Of a stretch of DNA of 24,000 bases, positions 8,628-16,229 are shown in pieces. Within the stretch, counting starts at the first letter, position 1. Every line of letters begins with the position of its first letter. The notes beneath the pieces were generated by a model, which did no database searches, was not told the origin of the DNA, and saw only the letters and a program-made list of their open reading frames with translations. Source of the DNA: Mangrovibacterium diazotrophicum (GTDB lineage Bacteria > Bacteroidota > Bacteroidia > Bacteroidales > Prolixibacteraceae); contig NZ_RAPN01000001.1 in NCBI RefSeq assembly GCF_003610535.1, positions 955,320 to 979,319 of the forward strand. The letters are read 5' to 3'. The position numbers and the translations under genes were made by a program.

Positions 8628-11543
8628 ATGGAAACAAAGGTCCAATTGGGGACAGTCGTTTTTTGGCGACATACATTTGGATTCATTGCGATTGAGGATT
8701 TATCTCTCGCTTATTTTTTTCATCGCTCCTCTCTGCGCGATCCTAACCAACATGTAGAATTGCTCGATCAATTCGAGTTCGAAATAGCTGAAACAGACAC
8801 TGGCAAGTTTAAAGGGAAAGCGAGAGCTATCAATCTGCGATTTGTAGAGAAGGGGCGAGTCGACGATCCTCGCTTTGACCGATATGTTGGAACCTTGAAA
8901 TCATGGAATAAAGGTATTGGGCATATCACCACAGAACAGCTGATTGAAACTAGTGAAGTGTACGTTAACACATCTCGAATCCTCGGAGAGCGTCCTCATC
9001 TTTCTCAGGGCGAATTGCTTGTTTTCTGCCCTGTCCAATCTGCTAAATCCCCATCAAATATACTAGCATTGTTTGCATACCCAGTCGATTCCGAGAATGA
9101 CTTGTCCTTTTTAAAACAACAATATTTTGAGACAAGGATTCCTGAATTAGGAAATTATTTATTGAAACAATCAGAGCTAACAGACATTGATCTACAAATA
9201 ATTGAACTTTTCAGCATAGAACGGATAGAGGGGCGGAACATCGAGGGTTATGCAAAACTGAAAGAGGATCTAAAGCGTATTAAAGCGCAGTTTGGATACT
9301 TACCGCCATATAAAGATCTTTTAATTTTTGCAGATGAAGGCTTTTTATTGCAGCTCTTCATTGAAGGTATTATTCCTGACTTCCGATACGAAGATGTCTT
9401 ACATTATTTTCTAAACACAACGTCTATTCAAAAGAAAGAGATACTGTTTCGATTAAATCAGGATGACCAACAACAGATTATCAAAGAATATTTAAACTGG
9501 ATTAAAATCTATGTTGATCTAAATTCAATAGGAAACGAAATTAAGTGTTACCTCGATATTACACATCGTGATAAAAACCTAAAGGATGAAGCCGCATACC
9601 AAGGTCTTGCAGAGATCTTGCTTACAACTTTACCTGTAAGCGAGGTAAAAAAACTGTGGATCAAGAAATATATCGAATTACCACAAAAGTTTATCAAAGA
9701 CAATTTTGATTTAAGCAATCCATATGAAATAATTACATTGTTAGACTCTGAAGACGAGTCGCAAAAACAAATAGCAATCCGTTTGCTTAACGAACAAATA
9801 CTTGAGGTTACCGAGGGTGAAATTCTAAAAAACTATACTTACTACGTCGGCTGGTTAAAATTCATTCAAATCCACAATTCCAGACTATTCCACAAAGAGT
9901 TTACAGAAGCATTGAACGCGTTACCTATCCAGGATAAATATTGTCTGTGGATATTCGATATTTTGCCTTCAATCGACTATACCGCAATACCGCCCTTCGT
10001 CTTCGAGCAGTGTGACTACTATTTACGACTTAGGTCGGCAACCAAAGATCAATACTTTTCTTTCCTAACGAACCATATTGAACAAAATGAGCTGAACGAC
10101 TTTATTCAACAATACGCTTGGAATGAGTTGGTTCAACCCTGCTTCCCCAAAAGTGATACTACGTATTCGCTCTTAGTCGACATATGCGACTGGCAAAAGA
10201 AGTACCAGAATAATACGATTGAAATAGATCCATTAGCAGAGTGTGTTTATCACTCAATTCCAAAGTTTACTGTTCAACACGTTCGTTTGTGGCTTTATGA
10301 TTTTGTAAGCCCGGAGTATCTGGACTATTACGGCTTTCGAGAAGCCTTTAAAAAGTTAAACAATCCAGAAAAAGTCGAGTTCCGAAATAAAGCTAATTGG
10401 CACTCAAAACTTGAATTAGATGAAGAAGCAAAACTAACTGTTGAGCCTTGTACTAATTTCACAGAAACCGAAGATGGTGAGATAATTTACAAGGCTCGGC
10501 TAAATAACATTTATTTTACAAACGGATATTTAGCACTCCGGCTTGAAGATCGTAGCTACACCCAACGTTTTTATGCACCAGAGGTAAGCACAGGTCTGAA
10601 CTCAATAAGTGAATTTAGCAATTTAATTGATCGGGAAATAACAATCCTAGTACGTGAAAAACAGATCCAAAAAGTCGATGATAACCTCTACATAATTCTT
10701 TCCGAAGTTTTTCGGAATTATTTGCTAAAGGCGTTAGCTACTCCTATCGCAAAAAACAAAAAATCCAAGCGAAGCTATGCCTATGCAGAAAACATGGAAC
10801 TTCGGAAACAAGTTTTGAATTACCTAAAAATAATCCAGACGCCAGATAAAAAAACAGTCATATTGGACGAGCCACATGCTTACTATCGACGACTCGACGA
10901 ATCAGTTGAATTCCCCGACGTAGAAAAAGTTGCTCTTTATTCAATCAAAACCTCAGACGGATATGCAATTATCTGGGAAAACATAGATTACAGCTTCGAC
11001 CGAGCAAGCTTTGTTTTTAAAACCACAGATGAAAGCTATGGAAATCTTGTTGAAAAACTCACACTTGCTATTACCCGTTTGGGGCAACTACGCTCAACCT
11101 TGCGAAAACTAGATCCCGATATTAACGAACTACATGAGTTTAAAAACAGCTTAGGTTATGTCGGTACAGTTCTAAAAAAGAGGGGGCAAAACGATGCTTT
11201 TGAATCATGGAAAAACAATCTTACTGAGACTATCAATCGAAAAATACCTCCACAAACAGATCGTCTGTTTGACGAAATTTGGAGAGAACTTAATATAGAT
11301 TCAACCAAATCAGTAAGGCATACTAATCCTCTTCCTGATAAAAAAGGGATAAAGACTGTCGATACAGGAGAAGATAATTCGTCAACTAAAGAAGAAACAA
11401 TTGTGACGGAGAGAAACGATCAGCCCCCAGGTCAAACATCTAGTTTCTCAAACCAATCTCCATATAAGGAAAGGGAAGCAGTTTTATCAGCCTTAAACGA
11501 AATTAACAACCTATTTGAAAACCTACTAAAAATGAAAGAATGA
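8628..11543 (+). CDS. 971-aa protein with two N-terminal cold-shock-like (OB-fold) domains; the remaining ~800 aa are uncharacterised
   Basis: CSD 1 is GTVVFWRHTFGFIAIEDLSLAYFFHRSSL (RNP1-like HTFGFI, RNP2-like YFFHR). CSD 2 is YVGTLKSWNKGIGHITTEQLIETSEVYVNTSRIL...GELLVF. The long uninterrupted ORF has the island's composition. I could find no Walker, HNH, HEPN or clear PD-(D/E)xK motif. Confidence 0.75.
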   Translation: METKVQLGTVVFWRHTFGFIAIEDLSLAYFFHRSSLRDPNQHVELLDQFEFEIAETDTGKFKGKARAINLRFVEKGRVDDPRFDRYVGTLKSWNKGIGHITTEQLIETSEVYVNTSRILGERPHLSQGELLVFCPVQSAKSPSNILALFAYPVDSENDLSFLKQQYFETRIPELGNYLLKQSELTDIDLQIIELFSIERIEGRNIEGYAKLKEDLKRIKAQFGYLPPYKDLLIFADEGFLLQLFIEGIIPDFRYEDVLHYFLNTTSIQKKEILFRLNQDDQQQIIKEYLNWIKIYVDLNSIGNEIKCYLDITHRDKNLKDEAAYQGLAEILLTTLPVSEVKKLWIKKYIELPQKFIKDNFDLSNPYEIITLLDSEDESQKQIAIRLLNEQILEVTEGEILKNYTYYVGWLKFIQIHNSRLFHKEFTEALNALPIQDKYCLWIFDILPSIDYTAIPPFVFEQCDYYLRLRSATKDQYFSFLTNHIEQNELNDFIQQYAWNELVQPCFPKSDTTYSLLVDICDWQKKYQNNTIEIDPLAECVYHSIPKFTVQHVRLWLYDFVSPEYLDYYGFREAFKKLNNPEKVEFRNKANWHSKLELDEEAKLTVEPCTNFTETEDGEIIYKARLNNIYFTNGYLALRLEDRSYTQRFYAPEVSTGLNSISEFSNLIDREITILVREKQIQKVDDNLYIILSEVFRNYLLKALATPIAKNKKSKRSYAYAENMELRKQVLNYLKIIQTPDKKTVILDEPHAYYRRLDESVEFPDVEKVALYSIKTSDGYAIIWENIDYSFDRASFVFKTTDESYGNLVEKLTLAITRLGQLRSTLRKLDPDINELHEFKNSLGYVGTVLKKRGQNDAFESWKNNLTETINRKIPPQTDRLFDEIWRELNIDSTKSVRHTNPLPDKKGIKTVDTGEDNSSTKEETIVTERNDQPPGQTSSFSNQSPYKEREAVLSALNEINNLFENLLKMKE

Positions 11544-12460
11544 CTGAACAAGAAATAAACGAACAGTTAGAAAAGGAAGTTCTGCGACTGACAGCAATTT
11601 TGGACCAGGCTTCACTGTCTAGTACCATCAACAAACGAATATTTTTTGAGCAAAATCAACTCAACCAAGCGCTTGCAGAAATAGACACAACAGTGCAGGA
11701 ATTGGGATTAAAGATCTTAGACATTAGTAACTCTTTGAAATTAAAATCCGATGACGATGACAAGAAATTAGACTGGTTAAACGAGTCCTTCGATGATTTA
11801 AGGAAACTCAAAAAAGACTTAAACCTGCAAAGCACAAATTTAGCCAATGAGCTGAAAAAGGTCCAGAATAACATTGCCTTACTTTCCGCAAAAAATGAAG
11901 ATATTGAGAAAAAATTAATAGTTGCTGAAAATGGGATGAGTGAAACTGAAGAGAACACCTCAAAGATTCTTGAATTAAATAGAAAAATTGACAACGTTAT
12001 CGGCAAAAAGAATTATGCAACGAGTCTATTTTTTTCAGTCTTAGTAGTAGCTATAATAATTTTCTTCTTATGGAATACAAGGCTATCCAATTCTATTGAT
12101 GAGTACAAGGTTAGTACTATTACGTTCTCACAAAGCATTGCAAAGCAAAAAGCAAGAACCCAAGATTTAGAATCTCGTTTGAAAAAGATGGAAGAATTCC
12201 CAGATCCAATTCCCTCCAATACGATTGAATCAAATTCAATATCTATTTCCAAAGAACCTATTAAGATATCCCAATTAAAAGTACGAGCAACATTGTGGAA
12301 TGATAGTAACTTACCAAAAATGGAAAGCATTGAATCTTTTGATCAAGGTACCAAGGTCTATGTTTTAAGTGAGCCAATAAAAACTTATGATCGATCTATG
12401 ATCAAAGTAAGGATTGAAGGAAAAGAAGGTTATATATTTTCATCGTCCATATTTAAATAA
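11540..12460 (+). CDS. 306-aa coiled-coil / single-pass membrane / SH3b-like protein
   Basis: ATGA overlap with the upstream gene. Residues 1-155 are heptad-rich and charged (coiled coil). One hydrophobic helix ATSLFFSVLVVAIIIFFLW lies at aa ~160-178. The C-terminal ~60 aa are VRATLWNDSNLPKMESIESFDQGTKVYVLSEP...IKVRIEGKEGYIFSSSI, a pattern typical of bacterial SH3 (SH3_3) domains. Confidence 0.7.
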   Translation: MTEQEINEQLEKEVLRLTAILDQASLSSTINKRIFFEQNQLNQALAEIDTTVQELGLKILDISNSLKLKSDDDDKKLDWLNESFDDLRKLKKDLNLQSTNLANELKKVQNNIALLSAKNEDIEKKLIVAENGMSETEENTSKILELNRKIDNVIGKKNYATSLFFSVLVVAIIIFFLWNTRLSNSIDEYKVSTITFSQSIAKQKARTQDLESRLKKMEEFPDPIPSNTIESNSISISKEPIKISQLKVRATLWNDSNLPKMESIESFDQGTKVYVLSEPIKTYDRSMIKVRIEGKEGYIFSSSIFK

Positions 12461-12688
12461 CAAAACACAAAAGAACTGAACTTGCTCAAAGAATTTAGAT
12501 ATTTAATAGAAAAAACAAGCTCTATGGATGAAATCAGGCACCAATTATAGTCTAAATCGGTGCAATTCGGCCCTAAATATTTTCCTGTTTTATTCCTTTG
12601 TTTTCTCCAAAGAAAGAGTTAGTTACAAAAGTTGCATCACGGAAATTTTATGATTATTTTTATCTAAAGTAGACTCAAATAGAAAGCT

Positions 12689-12991
12689 ATGGCAAAAGGA
12701 GTAAAAACTGGTGGACGGAGCAAAGGGACCCCTAACAAGCTTACTGGAACGGTGAAAGAGATGATCCTTCAAGCAATTTCTATGGAAATTGAGAACTTGC
12801 CTGCGATTTTAAAGGAGCTTGAACCAAAAGAAAAAGCTGATTTTGTGATTAAGTTACTTCCTTACATCTTACCTAAAGCAAAAGAAGTGTCTGGTATGCA
12901 AGGGGGGTGGACCAGCTCTCACGATAGATTTGTTGAAGGTATCATGGAAAAGATGAGAAAGTCTCCTCCGCTGAAATCCACTGCAAGTTAG
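12689..12991 (+). CDS. Hypothetical 100-aa protein with basic Gly/Lys-rich N-terminus
   Basis: ATG ORF after a 228-nt AT-rich gap. The N-terminus MAKGVKTGGRSKGTPNKLTG resembles basic N-termini common in small phage/integrative-element proteins. This comparison is from memory and is not a family assignment. The ORF is followed by the terminator hairpin. Confidence 0.45.
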   Translation: MAKGVKTGGRSKGTPNKLTGTVKEMILQAISMEIENLPAILKELEPKEKADFVIKLLPYILPKAKEVSGMQGGWTSSHDRFVEGIMEKMRKSPPLKSTAS

Positions 12992-13051
12992 TGATTCAAT
13001 TTAGATCGGTTTTCCAAATCTTTGTATCCTATTTGTATCTTATGAAATACA

Positions 13052-13083
13052 AAAGCCTGATTATCAATCGACAATCAGGCTTT
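13052..13083. terminator. Bidirectional intrinsic-terminator-like hairpin
   Basis: Perfect 11-bp inverted repeat AAAGCCTGATT (13052-13062) / AATCAGGCTTT (13073-13083) with a 10-nt loop. The GC core is flanked by an A-run on one side and a T-run on the other. It lies between the 100-aa ORF stop and the tRNA 3' end. Confidence 0.5.
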
Positions 13084-13088
13084 ACAAG

Positions 13089-13162
<74 letters not shown>

Positions 13163-13230
13163 ATCCTTATTTTTGCTTTTGAAAACTGCGCTCGAAACCG
13201 AACGATCGACAGCTTTCTTAAAAGCGGTGG

Positions 13231-13238
13231 CAAAGATA
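13231..13238 (-). promoter_or_regulatory. Possible Bacteroidota -7 box (TATCTTTG on minus strand) upstream of tRNA-Arg
   Basis: The + strand CAAAGATA is the reverse complement of a TAnnTTTG match. It lies ~69 nt upstream of the tRNA 5' end. Confidence 0.3.
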
Positions 13239-13335
13239 TAAAAATATCAAAAAAACCAATACGACTTAATTTAATTTTTCGCTGTTTCTGCATCTGTTCC
13301 GACTTTCTTCACCAATTCGACCGGCCGGAATTTTA

Positions 13336-13343
13336 TACTTTTG
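13336..13343 (+). promoter_or_regulatory. Bacteroidota -7 box TACTTTTG upstream of the MFS gene
   Basis: Exact TAnnTTTG match ending 8 nt before the ATG at 13351. This implies a leaderless or near-leaderless transcript. Confidence 0.4.
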
Positions 13344-13350
13344 CAGCCGT

Positions 13351-14532
13351 ATGAGCAAAATGGTCCGCAACAATTTAATCAACCTCTACCTTATTAAGTT
13401 TGCCAAATGGTTCAATTTGGTCATGCCCGTGGTGGTCTTGTTCTACCAGGACAATGGCCTGAGCATGCAGCAAATTTTCCTACTGAAATCCATCTACTCC
13501 ATCGCGATGGTGTTGATGGAAATTCCGTCGGGTTACCTGGCAGATGTGTGGGGACGTAAGAAAACCCTGATCCTGGGTGGCTTTCTGGGAGCTGCCGGGA
13601 TGGCGGTATATAGTTTTTCCTATGGATTCTGGGCTTTTGCCGCCGCCGAAATCATTTTGGGTGTTGGCTACAGCTTTATTTCCGGCTCCGACTCTGCCCT
13701 ACTCTACGATACGCTGAAAGCCGCCGAGCGCGACAAGGAATACATCAAACAGGAAGGGTGGATTACCTCTGCCGGGAACTTTGCAGAAGCGATTGCTGGC
13801 GTTTGCGGCGGATTGCTGGCAACCATGAGTTTGCGACTGCCGTTTTATGTCCAATTTGGGATCGCATCGGTGGCCATACCTGCAGCCCTCTTATTGAAAG
13901 AACCGAGGTTACAATCCATCGAATTAAACAAAAGCTTCAAATCGACACTGAATACCGTTAAGGAAACCTTTCAGCATCCCTTGTTGAGATCGGCTTTGCT
14001 AGTGTCTTCCTTTGCGGGAACGGCCTCGCTTACCTTTGCCTGGTTTGTTCAGCCTTATTTTAAAGAAGCCCAGTTGCCCGTTTCCCTATTCGGGATTATG
14101 TGGACTTTGCTGAACCTGTCGGTCGGCGTTTCTTCCATGTTTTCCTACAAAATTGAAAACAAGCTGGGCCAACGAAACTCTTTACTGGTAATCATACTGG
14201 GATTTGCCATCGGCTTTTTCCTGGCGGCCTGGGAGGTCAGCCTGATTGGTATCGGCCTGCTGTTCTTTTTCTACCTCGTACGCGGGATTGCCCATCCAAT
14301 TCTGAAAGATTACATCAACCGCTACACCGATTCCGAAGTTCGGGCAAGCATCCTGTCAATTCGGAATTTCGTGATTCGAATCAACTTTGCCATTATTGGA
14401 CCGGCTTTGGGCTATTTAACCGACCAGTTCAGCCTGTCACTGGCGCTGATTGCCACAGGTACCGGATTCTTGGTATCAGCCTTGTTGAGTATGGGGCCGC
14501 TTTGGAAAGCGAATATTCAAAGATCCAACTGA
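13351..14532 (+). CDS. MFS transporter
   Basis: About 12 hydrophobic segments. The MFS motif A (G-x3-D-x2-G-R-K/R) is present as GYLADVWGRKKTLILG between TM2 and TM3. Confidence 0.85.
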   Translation: MSKMVRNNLINLYLIKFAKWFNLVMPVVVLFYQDNGLSMQQIFLLKSIYSIAMVLMEIPSGYLADVWGRKKTLILGGFLGAAGMAVYSFSYGFWAFAAAEIILGVGYSFISGSDSALLYDTLKAAERDKEYIKQEGWITSAGNFAEAIAGVCGGLLATMSLRLPFYVQFGIASVAIPAALLLKEPRLQSIELNKSFKSTLNTVKETFQHPLLRSALLVSSFAGTASLTFAWFVQPYFKEAQLPVSLFGIMWTLLNLSVGVSSMFSYKIENKLGQRNSLLVIILGFAIGFFLAAWEVSLIGIGLLFFFYLVRGIAHPILKDYINRYTDSEVRASILSIRNFVIRINFAIIGPALGYLTDQFSLSLALIATGTGFLVSALLSMGPLWKANIQRSN

Positions 14533-15296
14533 AGCCCGTCGTATGAGAGGTGGACGTTCTCGGGCAGGATTTTTTCAACCTCATCGTGCAAGCCCATCAG
14601 GTGCGAAATGTGCGTCAGATAAGCTGTTTTCGGCTTCACTTCGTCGATCAACTGCAATGCTTCTTCCAGGTTGAAGTGCGAAATGTGCTTCTCGATACGC
14701 AAAGCACCAACGACCAAAACATCCAGGTTCCTGAGTTTCTCCTTTTCTTCTTCCTCGACCCGGTTCACATCGGTTAGGTAAGCGAAATTGCCAAAGCGAA
14801 ATCCAAATACCGGCAGGCGATGGTGAAAACCACGGATCGGCAAAATATCCGTCGACTTGATATTGAATGCTTTATTTTCGAGTAAGTGAAGATTCATTTG
14901 CGGAATTCCCGGGTAGCGGTTCGGCTTAAAAACGTAGTCGAACACCCGTTTGATGGTGTCCTGCACCCTCTCCTCGGCATAAATATCCGTCGGGTGTCCC
15001 TGCACCCAATTGAACGCGCGAATATCATCCAGCCCAAATACATGGTCAACGTGTTCGTGTGTCAGGAGGATCGCATCCAAAGTCCGCTGCCTGATGCGCA
15101 ACATTTGCTGGCGAAAATCGGGCCCGGCATCAATCACCAGTTTCAAACCATCAATTTCAATGTATAAAGCCGAGCGCAACCGGTTGTCTTTCGGATTTTG
15201 CGACTGGCAAACCGGGCAATCACAGGCAACAACCGGCACTCCCTGCGAGGTTCCCGTTCCCAGAAATTCAATATGCATTTGCGGTGAGTTTTCCAT
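14517..15296 (-). CDS. MBL-fold metallo-hydrolase (PhnP-like family)
   Basis: The HxHxDH motif is LLTHEHVDHVFGLDD. The N-terminal IEFLGTGTSQGVPVVACDCPVCQS is typical of this family. The start is uncertain: the listed ORF starts with TTG at 15302, and ATG candidates lie at 15296 and 15278 (MHIEFLGTG). Confidence 0.85.
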   Translation of the reverse strand: MENSPQMHIEFLGTGTSQGVPVVACDCPVCQSQNPKDNRLRSALYIEIDGLKLVIDAGPDFRQQMLRIRQRTLDAILLTHEHVDHVFGLDDIRAFNWVQGHPTDIYAEERVQDTIKRVFDYVFKPNRYPGIPQMNLHLLENKAFNIKSTDILPIRGFHHRLPVFGFRFGNFAYLTDVNRVEEEEKEKLRNLDVLVVGALRIEKHISHFNLEEALQLIDEVKPKTAYLTHISHLMGLHDEVEKILPENVHLSYDGLQLDL

Positions 15297-15306
15297 GAGC
15301 AAGGCT

Positions 15307-15314
15307 CAAAACTA
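15307..15314 (-). promoter_or_regulatory. Possible -7 box (TAGTTTTG on minus strand) for the MBL hydrolase gene
   Basis: The + strand CAAAACTA is the reverse complement of a TAnnTTTG match, just upstream of the minus-strand start codons. Confidence 0.35.
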
Positions 15315-15353
15315 CAAAAAATAGAAATGACGAGGCTTTGCACTTAAATTAAT

Positions 15354-15361
15354 TAATTTTG
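15354..15361 (+). promoter_or_regulatory. -7 box TAATTTTG for the methyltransferase gene
   Basis: Exact TAnnTTTG match 16 nt upstream of the ATG at 15377. It overlaps the listed TTG start at 15359, so it argues for the 15377 start. Confidence 0.4.
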
Positions 15362-15376
15362 AAGAAAATTATTTCA

Positions 15377-16078
15377 ATGGCCAATTTGTACCTCATCCCG
15401 ATCACTCTCGGAGAAAGCGAACTTGAGTCGGTGATCCCCGCTACGCACCGCGAAATTATTCTTTCGATTTCACATTTTATTGTTGAAAATGTGCGCACAG
15501 CACGTCGTTTTCTGAAGAAGGTTGACCGGGAAATTGACATTGATAGCCTTCATTTTTACGAGCTCAATAAACACACCGACAAGAAACAACTGCACAGTTA
15601 CCTTGATCCATTGAAACAAGATCTTCACATTGGAATTATGTCCGAAGCTGGTTGCCCCGGAGTAGCTGATCCGGGAGCGGATGTTGTGCGTATTGCCCAC
15701 GAGAAAAACGTCAAAGTTGTGCCATTGGTAGGCCCGTCCTCCATCCTTTTAGCCATGATGGGCTCGGGCATGAACGGCCAAAACTTTGCCTTCAACGGCT
15801 ACCTGCCGATTCAAAAAAACGAGAAGGCACAACAGATCAAGTTGCTCGAAAAACGAATCTACACCGAAAACCAAAGCCAGTTGTTTATTGAAGCGCCCTA
15901 CCGTAACCTGCAATTGCTGGACGATCTGCTGCAAAATTGCCAGCCGCACACCAAGCTTTGCATCGCCTGCGACCTGACCTTGGAGACCGAATTCATCAAG
16001 ACACAATCGATCGAAGCCTGGAAAAAATCGAAACCGGATATCCAGAAACGACCAGCGATCTTTGTATTGGGCCAATAA
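15377..16078 (+). CDS. SAM-dependent methyltransferase, tetrapyrrole-methylase (TP_methylase) superfamily, RsmI-like
   Basis: Supporting matches are LYLIPITLGE..., SEAGCPGVADPGADVVRIAHEKNVKVVPLVGPSSILLAMMGSGMNGQNFAFNGYLP and LFIEAPYR. These fit the RsmI-type pattern (AG-P-DPG ... PGPSA ... F-GFLP). The listed ORF starts at TTG 15359; ATG 15377 is preferred. Confidence 0.8.
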   Translation: MANLYLIPITLGESELESVIPATHREIILSISHFIVENVRTARRFLKKVDREIDIDSLHFYELNKHTDKKQLHSYLDPLKQDLHIGIMSEAGCPGVADPGADVVRIAHEKNVKVVPLVGPSSILLAMMGSGMNGQNFAFNGYLPIQKNEKAQQIKLLEKRIYTENQSQLFIEAPYRNLQLLDDLLQNCQPHTKLCIACDLTLETEFIKTQSIEAWKKSKPDIQKRPAIFVLGQ

Positions 16079-16176
16079 ACCGATTCCCGCGCTAAGTTGA
16101 GCTGAATTTCAACGAATCGACAAGCGATTTCGTACACGACAGTATTACGGGAACAGCCGCAAATGGAACCAAACAA

Positions 16177-16184
16177 TATTTTTG
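16177..16184 (+). promoter_or_regulatory. -7 box TATTTTTG upstream of the radical SAM cluster
   Basis: Exact TAnnTTTG match 46 nt upstream of the ATG at 16230, inside a 151-nt intergenic gap. Confidence 0.4.
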
Positions 16185-16229
16185 TTCATTCCTTTTTGAC
16201 GCGTCGAAAGAAACCTGTAATATTAGGCG

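Larger units (their letters stand above)
1..13088. other. AT-rich accessory segment / defence island abutting the 3' end of tRNA-Arg
   Basis: There are ten consecutive + strand genes, most with restriction/defence-type domains. Hand-counted GC of sample 60-nt lines is 22/60 (2101-2160), 20/60 (9421-9480) and 18/60 (661-720). To the right of the tRNA it is 32/60 (13561-13620) and 36/60 (21601-21660). The left boundary is outside the window. Confidence 0.6.
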
